Source: Octopus sinensis (lineage: Eukaryota). From it: DNA of 64,000 nucleotides. Positions 25,416-37,091 of the stretch are shown here, piece by piece (within the stretch, counting starts at the first letter, position 1; each line of letters opens with the position of its first letter). The DNA lies in contig NC_043000.1 in NCBI RefSeq assembly GCF_006345805.1, positions 84,444,001 to 84,508,000 of the forward strand, in the 5' to 3' direction. A model generated the notes under the pieces. The model worked only from the letters and a program-made list of their open reading frames with translations. It did no database searches and had not been told where the DNA came from. The position numbers and the translations under genes were made by a program.

Positions 25416-26214
25416 TTCTCTACATTTGTTGCCATAAGTCTCCTATGAGTCTTTGTTTATCTATCTATCTATCTCTCTCTCTTTCCATCGATATTTGCAA
25501 ATATATTTAACTCTCCAGCTTTCAGCATTTATCTTTCTCTCTCTCTCTCTCTGTAAATGTGTGTGTGTGTGTGTGCGTGCAGAATGTGTGTTGTGTATTT
25601 GCTAGTGCTTAATAATTGAACTATTGAGTTATGAATGAAATGCTGCACTCTGTGATGATGTCGCCTCTATCATACGTCCCTTGGAGCAGCATACAGCCTT
25701 CATGGCTGTAGTATTTGCTGAATGTCTCACTGGATATCAGTCTTTTAAATGCTCTGATGCCAAATGTTTACACGATTCTTTCATACAAGGAATATATTAC
25801 ACATTATATTGAAGCAAATTTCCATAATTCTTTTGAAAATGTCATATTTTATTGCGTCGTTCCCCTGGGTTATGAAAATACATAACGATGTATAGATACC
25901 CGATAATAAACCGAACAAATATTCAAAACAAAACCTCGTGAACTCTACCCTAAACGACCGCAGAGAAATATTGCAATCGATGGTGCCAACAAGATATCTA
26001 TATCACAATGAGTTCTTCCTAAAATAACTCGAAGACTTACGTGTGGTAATGTGGTAATTCCATTATCACCTACTTGGTTTCCATAAAGAAATCGTTCCCA
26101 AACACGAATCTAACAACTGAACAGAAATACTAAACACTGGAATTTGTTTGTCTGCACTTCTAATATCTCATACTGGTCCTCAACAATATAGTTAGTAATA
26201 ATCCTGCTAGTGAG

Positions 26215-26430
26215 GGCAGTCAACTGGCAGAATCATTAACAAACCGGGCAAAATTCGTAGCGGCATTTCGCCCGCTTTTGTATTAATAGTTCAAAATCCG
26301 CGGAGGTCGACTTTGCCTTTTATCTTTTGCGATCGTGAAAATAAGTACCAGCTGAGTGCTGGATTCGATGTAATCGACTTAACCCCTGCACCAAAATTGC
26401 TGGCCTTGTGCCAAAATATGACACTAATTA
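26215..26430 (+). mobile_element. SINE family B, degenerate
   Basis: CAACTGGCAGAATCATTAAC..AGTTCAAAATCCGCGGAGGTCGACTTTGCC..AAGTACCAGCTGAG..GGCCTTGTGCC. Confidence 0.75.
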
Positions 26431-26444
26431 TCCTTCCTAGTATA

Positions 26445-26765
26445 TGCACAGGTCCTAAAATTTCGTGGAGAGGGGATTAATCGATTACATCGACCCAAGC
26501 GCTTAACTGCTACTTATTTTATGGACCCCCACCACAAGGATGATGGTCAAAATTGACCCCGACGGAATTTGAACTCAAAATGCGAAGACTGACGAAATAC
26601 CGAAATGGAAGGCAATGTTGACCTCGGCGGGATTTGCAGTCAGAAGATAAAGAGACGGAACTCATGATTCTTTTTACAATATGCTCACGGCCTGAAATTT
26701 TGGGTGGAGGGGCGGGGCTAATCGATTACATGGACGCCAGTACTCAATTGGTATGTACTTTATCG
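26445..26765 (-). mobile_element. SINE family B fragments (two, degenerate)
   Basis: AATCGATTACATCGACCC, GGAATTTGAACTC and GACCTCGGCGG motifs in reverse orientation. Confidence 0.65.
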
Positions 26766-26771
26766 ATTACT

Positions 26772-27156
26772 TAAGGAAGCACTCCGTCGGTTACGAGGAT
26801 GAGGGTTCCGGTTGATCCGAATCGACGGAACAGCCTGCTCGTGAAATTTACGTGTAAGTGGCTGAGCACTCCACAGACACGTGTACCCTCAACGTAGTTC
26901 TCGGGGATATTCAGCGTGACACAGAGAGTGACAAGGCCGGCCCTTTGAAATACAGGTACAACAGAAACAGGAAGTAAGAGTGAGAGAAAGTTGTGGTGAA
27001 AGAGTACAGCAGGGATCAACACCATCCCCTGCCGGAGCTTCGTGGAGCTTTAGGTGTTTTCGTTCGATAAACACTCACAACGCCCGGTCTGGGAATCGAA
27101 ACAACGATCCTATGACCGCGAGTCCGCTGCCCTAACCACTGGGCCATTGCGCCTCC
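26772..27156 (-). mobile_element. tRNA-derived SINE family C, full length, with CGATTACT target-site duplication
   Basis: Head GGAGGCGCAATGGCCCAGTGGTTAGGGCAGCGGACTCGCGG..GTTTCGATTCCCAG (A and B boxes); CGATTACT at 26764-26771 and 27158-27165; inserted into a family-B SINE. Confidence 0.85.
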
Positions 27157-27345
27157 ACGATTACTAAAGGATTGCTAAACGATTATCGATTACTAAAGGA
27201 TGAAATACAGGTTTAAGCTCGGCTGCATTTGAAATTAAGGCGTAAAATTGGGTACACTACACCTAAGCATTTTGTTTGGCGTATTAACGACTCTACCAGC
27301 ACGCGGCCTAAACAACAACAACAACAATTATTATTATTATCATTA

Positions 27346-27383
<38 letters not shown>

Positions 27384-27937
27384 GAGTGAGAGAGCAGTTC
27401 ATCCCATCAAAGTGACACTGGGGTAAAATATACGAAGCCCAATATACCCATCATGACTACCCCTCTGATAAGGGTACACCAGGCACATGCATCACAACCA
27501 TATGTGCGCGACATGGTGATCTCATATCAAGATAAACAGCACATGACCTTGCAGGTGGGGCCCAGTTAGAATTTTCTGCAGGTTGAGTAGCCCATCCCGC
27601 TCAAAAGGTCCCTGAATAAGGATTGTTTAAGGATGTTGAAAGAACCACCCATGTTTCCAGAGGTGAATTATTCAAACTCCAAAGAATCCCTCTCAACACA
27701 TGGCTATGATGCTCCCCCACTACTTCTGCTTGTGATCAGAGATGCACATATCGTCAGCCACTAAGGGACATGCTCAACTGGTTACGGTCAAACAACTGAC
27801 AAGCAAATCTGTGGTATTGAGCAGAATATTTGCTGTAGCCCATCTTTTATACCAAGACAAAACAATGTGCATGATGACACTTCCAATCAGTTAAGATCAG
27901 AAGCCATGAGAGCCACTGCCTGGTACTGCATCAGGGC

Positions 27938-27940
<3 letters not shown>
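27384..27940 (-). mobile_element. ~555-bp (AAT)n-associated element, apparently complete copy
   Basis: Sense 5' AATGCCCTGATGCAGTACCAGG, sense 3' CTCTCTCACTC(AAT)n; (TTA)n tracts on both sides. Confidence 0.88.
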
Positions 27941-27989
<49 letters not shown>

Positions 27990-28009
27990 TATTATTATTA
28001 TTATTGTCA

Positions 28010-28222
28010 TTTCTGCTCATGGCACAAGGCCTGGAAAATTTTTGTGGAAGGGGCAAGTCGATTACATCGACCCCAGTGTGTAACTGGTACTTATTTCATC
28101 GACCCTGAAAGGATGAAAGGCAAAGTCGACCACGGCGGAATTTGAACTCAGAACATAGCGGCAGATGAAATACCGATAAGAATCTCGCCCAGCGCGCTGA
28201 CGGTTCTGCCAACTCGTTGCTC
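28010..28222 (-). mobile_element. SINE family B
   Basis: GGCACAAGGCC..GTCGATTACATCGACCCCAG..GGCAAAGTCGAC..GAATTTGAACTCAGAAC..TTCTGCCAACTCG. Confidence 0.8.
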
Positions 28223-28257
28223 TCCGATGATAAGATTTTCTTCTCATTGGCGAGACC

Positions 28258-28627
28258 TTAGCCAGTTGAGTATCTCCCTTAGTGGCTGACGATATGTACA
28301 TCTCTGATCATAAGCAGAAATTTTGGAGGAGCATCATAGCCATTCACCTCTGGAAACATGTTTTTTTTTGTTGAACATCCTTAAACAACCCTTATTCAGG
28401 GACCTTTTGTGAGGGATGGGCTACTTGACCTGAAGAAAATTCTAACTGGGCCCCACCTTCAAGGTCATGCGCTGTTAATCTTCATATGAGATCACCATGT
28501 CGCGCACATATGGTTGTGTTGCATGTGCCTGGTGTACCCTTATCAGACGGGTAGTCATGATGGGAATACTGGGCTTCGCATATTTTACCCCAGTGTCAAT
28601 TTGATGGCATACACTCCTCTCTCACTC
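28258..28627 (+). mobile_element. ~555-bp element, 5'-truncated, internally deleted copy
   Basis: CCTTAGTGGCTGACGATATG...CTGGGCCCCACC...CTCTCTCACTC followed by (AAT)n/(AAC)n. Confidence 0.82.
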
Positions 28628-28652
28628 AATAATGATAATGATAATAATGATG

Positions 28653-28741
<89 letters not shown>

Positions 28742-28787
28742 AATAATAATAATAATAATAATATAATAATAATAATAATAATTATGA

Positions 28788-29655
28788 TTGAAAACGAATG
28801 AAACTGAAAATAGGTGTGTAAAGAAAAGAATGCATGGACAATTTCATAGGGATGTTGAAGATAAGACAGACAGGGAAAAAAGATGGCTGTGGATTACTAA
28901 AAGTGATTTAAAATCGAAAATGGATGTTTTAAGCTGTGTTGCCCAAGAGCAAGCACTAAGAACAAACTACATAAAATACAGAATAGACAACATACCAGAA
29001 AGTGATAAGTACAGAATCTATGGACAAAATGATGAAACCGTATGGCATATTACCAGCCAATGTACGCCACTAACCCAGAAGGAATATAAGAGACGCCACG
29101 ACAAGCAAGGCTTTTCCATTGGACACTTTGCAACAAGCATGGACTTGACAGAGCAAAAAATTGGTACGACCACAACCCCGAAGGCATCATCTAAAGTGAT
29201 AATGCAATGATCCTGTGGGATTTTATGATTCAGTGCGACCATGAGATAGAGAATAGGAAGCCAGACAGTCTTATTTGAGAAAGACAACAAACTATGGTGG
29301 ATCATAGATATAGCAAGCCCTGCTGACAACAAGGTATGCGAGAAAGAAGGAAGAAAAGTCGATCGATATGGCAGGTTAGTTTGGGAGGTTAAGCTGTTGT
29401 TGTCGATGAAAAAGGTGATAGTAGTACCAATAATTGTTGGAGCCCTGGGAACAGTGAGTAAAAATCTTGAAAAGTACATGGAACAAATACGGGGCTGCAA
29501 TAAGGATGGCGCACTTGCAGAAAACAGCACTGCTTGGAACCGCTCGAATACTCCGGAAGGTGCTCGAAAAATAAGAGGTGTCACCTTAGTTCACTGGTAG
29601 TGAACAGCTGACACCGTGGTACATCTCCGGTGTTAGAAGGTATGCAAAGGCAATC
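28788..29655 (+). mobile_element. R4/Dong-like RLE LINE 3' fragment
   Basis: MHGQFHRD, AQEQALRTNYIKYRID, decayed CCHC knuckle (DETVWHITSQC), KRRHD, RKPD..IIDIA, VVPIIVGALG; begins after (AAT)n and ends AAAGGCAATC(ATA)n. Confidence 0.85.
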
Positions 29656-29687
29656 ATAATAATAATACTGATACTAATAATAATAAT

Positions 29688-29871
29688 AACTGGGCCCCAC
29701 CTGCAAGGTCATGTGCTGTTTATCTTGATATGAGATCACCATGTCGCGCACATATGGTTGTGATGCATGTGCCTGGTGTACCCTTATCAGACGGGTAGTC
29801 ATGATGGGTATATTGGGCTTCGTATATTTTACCCCAGTGTCACTTTGATGGGATGAACTGCTCTCTCACTC
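29688..29871 (+). mobile_element. ~555-bp element, 3' 185-bp fragment
   Basis: AACTGGGCCCCACCTGCAAGG...CTCTCTCACTC(AAT)n, inserted in the tail of the preceding LINE. Confidence 0.85.
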
Positions 29872-29890
29872 AATAATAATAATAATGATA

Positions 29891-29970
<80 letters not shown>

Positions 29971-30151
29971 GGACATGGAACAAATATGGGCTGCAATAAG
30001 GGTGGAGCACTTGCAGAAAACAGCATTGCTTGGAACCGCTCGAATACTCCAGAAGGTGCTCGAAAAATAAGAGGTGTTACCTTAGTTCACTGGTAGTGAA
30101 CAGCTGACACCGTAGTACATCTCCGGTGTTAGAAGGTATGCAAAGGCAATC
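29971..30151 (+). mobile_element. Second short 3' end of the same R4-like LINE
   Basis: Differs from 29475-29655 at about 7 positions; same tail ATAATAATAATACTGATACTAATAAT. Confidence 0.85.
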
Positions 30152-30170
30152 ATAATAATAATACTGATAC

Positions 30171-30240
<70 letters not shown>

Positions 30241-30295
30241 CAATAATAAATCTCTGAACGAGGTATAGACAGTAACTGCACGGCAATGTGAAGTA

Positions 30296-30746
30296 TATTT
30301 GCCATCTAAATATGGCTAACCACTAAGGATGTTACTGTAGCTTGTAGCCCCAGGAGAACATCTTCTCCAGCTGGCTATTGACACACTTTCAGTGCCCTAT
30401 CGGTATTAGCAAAGGGAGGTCAACCTTCCCTCTTCAACCTAAGTGATACGCACGGACTGCAGTCCGCACGGACTTTTTCAAGATCAGTGACGAAAAGTCA
30501 CTGGAAAAAGGAACTATGTATTTGCATTGGGACCCTTCCATCGAAAATCGGTTATTGTCGTGCGCTGATGACGGGTCACTACCCAGAAACTGCAGTCTGT
30601 GCGTATCACTTAGGTTGACGAGGGAAGGATGACCTCCCTTTGCAAATACCGATAGGCCAACAGCCAGCTGGAGAAGATGTTCTCCTAGGGCTACAAGCTA
30701 CAGTAATACCCACCCTTAGTGGTTAGCCATATTTACATGGCAAATA
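30296..30746 (+). mobile_element. Fold-back element (arms 30296-30463 and 30589-30746) containing a hammerhead ribozyme; probable PLE-derived pLTR with inversion
   Basis: TATTTGCCAT.TAAATATGGCTAACCACTAAG...GTGATACGCAC.GACTGCAGT is the reverse complement of the right arm; the right arm runs into (AAC)(AAT)n. Confidence 0.8.
30559..30603 (+). ncRNA. Type-I hammerhead ribozyme motif with canonical core
   Basis: CGUGCG-CUGAUGA-C-GGGU(CACU)ACCC-A-GAAA-CUGCAG-UC/UGUGCG; palindromic ACUGCAGU in stem III; predicted cleavage after C30597; stem I weak (three G-U pairs). Confidence 0.75.
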
Positions 30747-30754
30747 ACAATAAC

Positions 30755-30827
<73 letters not shown>

Positions 30828-31299
30828 GCCACAGTAAGAGAAGGTCCCTAGATAATCACCTCTGAGTAGAGTTGAAAAGCGTGTAATAATTCTTACAGAA
30901 GTTGATGTGTGCAGGGTGCCGCATAGGATCAAATCTTCCACGAGAGAAACCACCAAAAGCATGTAATGTAGCAGACTATTGTAACTTCAGAATATATGGT
31001 GATAGAAACCACATTATCTCTGGCTAACTAATCTTAGCCATGATAGAATGCATTTACAGACTTGACAGAGTTGTAACATTATGCTCAATAGTCACGGTGT
31101 GCTGGAAATCTCATAGAGAAGGCCCTTCCTCTAGACTCAGTAAGTAAAAGCATAACGAGCTAATGTGAGAGCCTTTCCGCTATCGCTTGACTCTCTAGAA
31201 ATGACAGCTTAATCTCTCTTAAATGGAACTTTACCATCTTAAACAAGTATACATTAGACAGTTTAGACCCTAATAGAGAAATAGCGTAATAGCCGCTAG

Positions 31300-31558
31300 T
31301 AGAGGGTTCCAGTTGATCCAATCAACGGAACAGACACGCAAAACTTTAACGTAGTTCTCAGGGAGATTCAACCTGACATAGAGTGTGACAAGGCTGACCC
31401 TTCGAAATACAAGTACTGCTTATTTTTTCCAGCTGAGTGCACTGGAGCAACGTGAAATTGAGTGTCTTGCTCGAGGACACAACGCGTCGCTGGGAATTGA
31501 ACTCACGACTTTACGATCGTGAGCCGAATACCCTAACCACTAAGCCACAGGCTTTCAC
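31300..31558 (-). mobile_element. tRNA-derived SINE related to family C (degenerate)
   Basis: Head GTGGCTTAGTGGTTAGGGTATTCGGCTCACGATCGTAAAGTCGTGAGTTCAATTCCC; shares AACGTAGTTCTC.GGGA.ATTCA and GTTGATCC..TC.ACGGAACAG with 26772-27156. Confidence 0.75.
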
Positions 31559-31949
31559 GTTAGTAGAACATTACTGATAATAGATGTGCTCCATCAGGAC
31601 TGGGCTGGGAGTGAACACGTAATTAACAAGCAGCAATATTGATCACGCAGTAAGATGCTAGAACACATACACTTGCATAATTGCTGCCCGCATATTGATA
31701 TGAATCCCAGTCATTCACTATTACTCAGACAAATTACATTCTGCACAATTGCTCACCAGTGAAACAGTCACACTGCACATACACTACACAGCCTGCGTCC
31801 GACATTAAAATACATAGCACAATTCACACAGTGAAGAACTCCGACATCCTCAAAGAAGTTCATCTGCCGTTGATACATGGCTGTTGTAGTTTGAAAGGTG
31901 CTGTCACCAGCTTCAGAAAGGATAGAAGCAGGCAGTGTCGTTACTGCGA

Positions 31950-32130
31950 TGGACAAAATGCTTAGCGGAATTTCTTTCGTTTTTACGTTCTGAGTTCAAA
32001 TTCGACCGAGGCCGATTTTGTCTGTCGTCCTTTCGGGGTCGATGAAATAGGTACTAGTTTCACACTGAGATCGATGTAATCGACTAGATCCCTTCCCTAT
32101 TATTTCGGGCCCTGTGCTATACCAGAATGG
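31950..32130 (+). mobile_element. SINE family B, 5'-truncated
   Basis: AAAATGCTTAGCGG..GTTCTGAGTTCAAATTCGACCGAGG..CCTTTCGGGGTCGATGAAATAGGTAC. Confidence 0.75.
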
Positions 32131-32648
32131 ATTGTTAAGGCCTTCTCTGACAGCATTTGTTAAATAGAGTATTTTTACGCTTCTTTTCTATGCTTATCTA
32201 CTTGTTTGTGAAGTAAAAAAAATAATAATATTCGTATATTCCTCCAGTAACTAAAAAAATAGTAAAAACCTCTCATAAATCAGTTAGTGAAAGCTTCGAT
32301 AAATGTTTATAGAACAACGATGCTTTTCAGTTAAAACTTATGAAGCACCACATAATGAATATAACTATTGGCAGTAATACCTTTTATTGTTACTTTTCGT
32401 TTTATCTCTTCTGTTTTTCATTCCGTTGGATATTACAGGACAGCATACTTAGCGAAAACAAGCTAGGATATACAGATAATTTATTAGCTATATCTTCAGC
32501 ATTGAGTTAAGAACGTTGTTTGAGATGAATTTGAATATAATTTTTCAGCATTAAAATAGTGAATGCACTTCATCGATATTTATGCATGCATATGTATGTA
32601 TGTATCTCTTTCACTCTCTCTCTCTATGTGTGTGTACAGACACACATA

Positions 32649-33915
32649 CAGGGGTTGGACAAAATAATGGAAACACCTAATATCATAGCATCATAATTTT
32701 GAAATATTTATAAAACCGTCAAAAGTTTGTTTATTTTTATATTTGTTTTATTTATTATCAGTGTTGCTTAATTTGTTTTGCTAAAATTACTCTTTCTTTT
32801 CAGATATCATCGGAAAAAAGGTAATTAAAATTCATTAAAATGACAGATCTAGCGGACTTTCAAAGAGGTGAAATTGTTAGTGCTCATATGGCAGGCGCTA
32901 GCGTAACGAAAACAGCCGAAATGTTTGGTGTATCAAGAAGTACTTTCTCGAAAGTTATGACAGCCTTTGAGAAAGGGGTAAAAACCTCTTCGGTGAAACA
33001 AAACTCCAGAAGAAAACCAAAACTTTCAGATAGGGACCGTCGGACTCTTACGCGAATTGTTAGAAAGGATCACAAAAGTAAAGCTCCTAAAATTACTGCG
33101 GAACTTAATGGCTACTTCGCGAATCCAGTTTCTGCAAAAACTGTTCGCGCGGGAGCTGCACAAAACCGGATTTGATGGGAGGGCTTCAATTAGTAAACCA
33201 CTACTTTCGAAAACAAACGTTGTTAAGCGTTTAGAGTGAAGTAAAAACTTACAGATTAGAGCCGGGGAAGAATGTTACTTTCTCGGACGAGTCATCCTTT
33301 ACCTTGTTTCCGACCACCGACCGAGTATACGTGTGGAGACAGCCAAAAGAAGGATTTGATCCAGACTACCTTCTTCCGATTGTTAAACACGGAGGAGGAT
33401 CAGTGAGGAATGGGGGGTGCTATATCTTGGAAATCCGCTGGCCCAATGGTTTCCCTTCATGGCAGAATTACTAGTCAAGACTATTTAAGCATTTTATCTG
33501 ATCAAATTCATCCTATGGTTACAGAACTGTTTCCAGAGGGAAACAATCTTTCAGGATGATAATGCACCAATTCACACAACTAAAGTTGTTACTGAATTGC
33601 ACGAGGAACATTCTAGTGAAGTTGAACATTTTATCTGGCCACCACAGTCCCCAGATCACAATATTATTAAACATTTAAGGTGAATTTTAGAAAAGCAGGT
33701 GAGGAGTTGATATCTTCCACCTTCATCACTACAAGAACTGGAGACTGTTTTAACTGAAGAATGGATAAAAATTCCTTTGGAAACAATTCAAACTTTGCAT
33801 GAGTCTATACCTCGTAGAATTCAAACTGTAATTACTGCCTAAGTTGGCCCTACTCCATATTAAAATAAACTTGCTTGAAATTTTAAGATGTTTCTATTAT
33901 TTTGTCCAACCCCTA
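32649..33915 (+). mobile_element. Full-length Tc1-type transposon with frameshifted transposase
   Basis: TIRs CAGGGGTTGGACAAAATAAT.GAAACA / TGTTTC.ATTATTTTGTCCAACCCCT with TA flanks; ORF 32840 (MTDLADFQRGEIV..KPKLSDRDRR), then FSDESSF, FQDDNAPIH and WPPQSPD in shifted frames. Confidence 0.92.
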
Positions 33916-34018
33916 TATATGTATGTACGTATATATGTATGTATGTATGTATATATGTATAGATATTTATAACGATAAAAAATATCTATCTATCTATTTA
34001 TGTATATATGTATGTATG

Positions 34019-34050
<32 letters not shown>

Positions 34051-34589
34051 TATGTATGTATGTATACATGCATACATACATATTTATGTCTTTCATCTAC
34101 GTACCATGCAAGCTGGAGCACACCAGAATGGTTTTGGTATATCAAAATATTTGTATAAGGAAAACTATCCATCTATTATTTTTTAAATCACAAGATAAAA
34201 TTTTCACTACATTGATTCGGGAAATCTTGTAAAATAAAAATGAGTGACATGTACTGTTGTATATATTAGACAGACTAGATTTCTTACTGATTTTTTTCTT
34301 ACAGGGCAAGAGAAGGGACAGTGGGTAAAATATTTGACTCGCATTTATTTTAGCGACATTTCATTAAATATTTCACTGCTAGCTTAGTTTATTGATTCAA
34401 AAGAATTTAAAATCATTTTCATATTGCTTCTCATTTCGGATAATCGGTGTTCAAAGCGTTGCTGTGTTTTAGTGCGGCTTAACCCACCGAGAGTAAACCA
34501 TTATTTCATTAATCCCATAGCAGTGATGGCGAAAACACGGTAGATCGACAAGATATATTTGTCAAATCCTTCAGTATTCTAGGTTCAAA

Positions 34590-34770
34590 GGGCGGTAAAC
34601 TGGTAGAATCGTTAGCACGCCGGGCAAAATGCTTAGCGGCATTTCGTCCGTCTGAGTTCTTAGTTCAAATTCCACCGAGGTCGACTTGGCTTTTCATCTT
34701 TTCGAGTTCGATAAAATAAGTACCAGCTGAGCACCGGATCGTTGTAATCGACACACCCACTCGCCTGAAA
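34590..34770 (+). mobile_element. SINE family B
   Basis: GGCGGTAAACTGGTAGAATCGTTAGCACGCCGGGCAAAATGCTTAGCGG..AGTTCAAATTCCACCGAGGTCGAC. Confidence 0.8.
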
Positions 34771-34849
34771 TTATTCTATGTTCCAATCATATAGAGTTAA
34801 TTTTTATGTCGACAGAGTCATCATTTCAAATAGTCGCCCCTATTCCAGG

Positions 34850-35021
34850 GGAAGGCATGGTTCTATGGTTGAGAAGTTCGGTTTGTAATCACATCAGTTC
34901 AGATCAGTTCCACTGCGCAGCACCTTCGGAAAATGCTATCTAATATAAACCCAGGACAGTGGGTTTATATACATGCTAGTGAACGAATACAGTAGACGCA
35001 AACTGTATGGAAGCTGGTCGT

Positions 35022-35060
<39 letters not shown>

Positions 35061-35222
35061 TATATATATATATAGATATATATATATATATATATATATC
35101 TATATATATATATATATATATATGTATATGTATGTATGAATGTATACATATATGTATACATATATATATACACACACATATATAAACACATATATACATA
35201 CATATATATGTATGTATATATG

Positions 35223-35279
<57 letters not shown>

Positions 35280-35530
35280 ATATACACATATACATTGGGT
35301 GCGGTGGGAAGTCTTTGTGTATGTGCTTGCCCGCTTCACTACGTACCAGTATTGGTTTGCTTACGAACTTGTAACTTAGCAGTTCGGCAGTAGACCCGAT
35401 AGATTAGTGCCAGCCTTAAAATAAAATAGTAATCACTGGAGTCGATGTGTTCAATTAAAACCCCTTCCAGGCGGTACCCCAGTCTGGCCGCAGTCCAATG
35501 ACAGAAATACATGATTAGAAGATAAAAGGA
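34850..35530 (+). mobile_element. Degenerate SINE family A split by a ~280-bp expanded internal (TA)/(TG) microsatellite
   Basis: 5' half GGCATGGTT..TGGTTGAGAAG..CAGTTCCACTGCGCAGCACC at 34853-34930; 3' half AACTTAGCAGTTCGGCA..CCCCAGTCTGGCCGCAGTCCAATGAC at 35372-35505. Confidence 0.6.
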
Positions 35531-35763
35531 GAATTTCTGTACTTTTCCTGGGTAAAATAAATCAATACTTGTGTTCATTGATCATAAGATAGAAGCATAA
35601 TAACAGCGATTTTATTTCCTCTTTTATGTATAATACGCATCTTCATCGTTAACAAAAGCTGAAATTACAAAAATGCCGAACAGGACCGAACGAAGAAACC
35701 AGAAACAAGGCAATAGAAAACGATATCTAGAATTAGAGACGCAGTAAGTGCATTAGAGAAAGC

Positions 35764-35807
<44 letters not shown>

Positions 35808-36147
35808 GAGGGAGAAGGCGAGAGAGAATGAGAGAAATAGATAGACAAGCAGACAGAACAGAGCAGAGCGGTAGATTCAGTGCAGTATCCTGATTATTGG
35901 ATGACACTTAAGTGATAAACTTTCTGGAATTGATCCTAATCTTGCTGAAAATCTAAACCTCAGAACTGATTCTGATCAATAAAAATATATCGTTTTGTTC
36001 TGCTGCAAAACTTGAAATGCAGTAAAGTGATATAAGCGATAGATTGCAGGTCTGAGGTATAAAGAAGAAGAATATGATAACTAAAAAAATAAATATTGAT
36101 ACATAATTATATATATACATACATGTATATATGCACATATATATATA

Positions 36148-36183
<36 letters not shown>

Positions 36184-36192
36184 CATATATAT

Positions 36193-36286
<94 letters not shown>

Positions 36287-37016
36287 ACACATATACACAT
36301 AGATATACAGATATGCACACACACACACACACAGACACACACGCACATACATGCGTGCTTATAATCTAGTACCAGTCGTACAGCAAAAAGCCGAACTTGA
36401 GAAAGAGATTATTATGTTGAAGATCCTTTTAATCCACGTCACGTTCTTTCTGACGTATAATACGAATCGGTGAAGGAGCACTTTATGGTGCTCGAAGCCA
36501 AACCATGTTTAAAATGTTTATATTGAACTCTCGTTGTCGAATGATGGCTAATGGATTTTCCACTGCATTCCATAGTAAATATTTCGTTCTTCATTCAACT
36601 GAACTACCTACTTATTAAATTAACCTCTAAGTTGCCGAGTATTCCACAGAGACTTATGGATCTAAACATAATCTTAAAGCAGAAGTATTGTGAAGAAGCT
36701 GTTGAGGATTTTGAATTACCAGCACAGGCTATTCAGCGAGTTTCTGTACAGTTTCCTTTAATGCGCAATTCCATTCAAAAGCCTAAAGTCGAACCGAGAC
36801 AATGGTAAAAGTCATTCGTCGAAAGTGTCACGCCCTAGCATCGAACCCGACCATATGATGACGAAGCGTACTTGTTAAATAATATATATATATATATATA
36901 TATATAGTCCTGCGGAAGATTTGCTCGATTAAAGGTGGTGCCCTAGCATGGCCGTAATCAAATTACTGAAACAAGCAAAAGAATAAAAGAGTATAAATAT
37001 ATATATATATATATAT

Positions 37017-37081
<65 letters not shown>

Positions 37082-37091
<10 letters not shown>

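Noticed and set aside
26772-27156. tRNA gene at 27080-27156 (likewise the SINE heads elsewhere)
   Set aside because: The tRNA-like head continues into a SINE body with a TSD, and there is no proper acceptor stem or terminator.
27901-27940. HDV-like or hammerhead ribozyme at the 5' end of the 555-bp element (CCCTGATGCAG...)
   Set aside because: CTGATGC is not CUGANGA, no GAAA follows, and I could not build the nested HDV pseudoknot; only a weak terminal hairpin is visible.
36467-36497. Hammerhead-like GAGCAC/GTGCTC hairpin followed by GAAG
   Set aside because: The stem is perfect, but both conserved boxes are corrupted (CGGTGAA, GAAG) and there is no stem I or III; not supportable without a family consensus.
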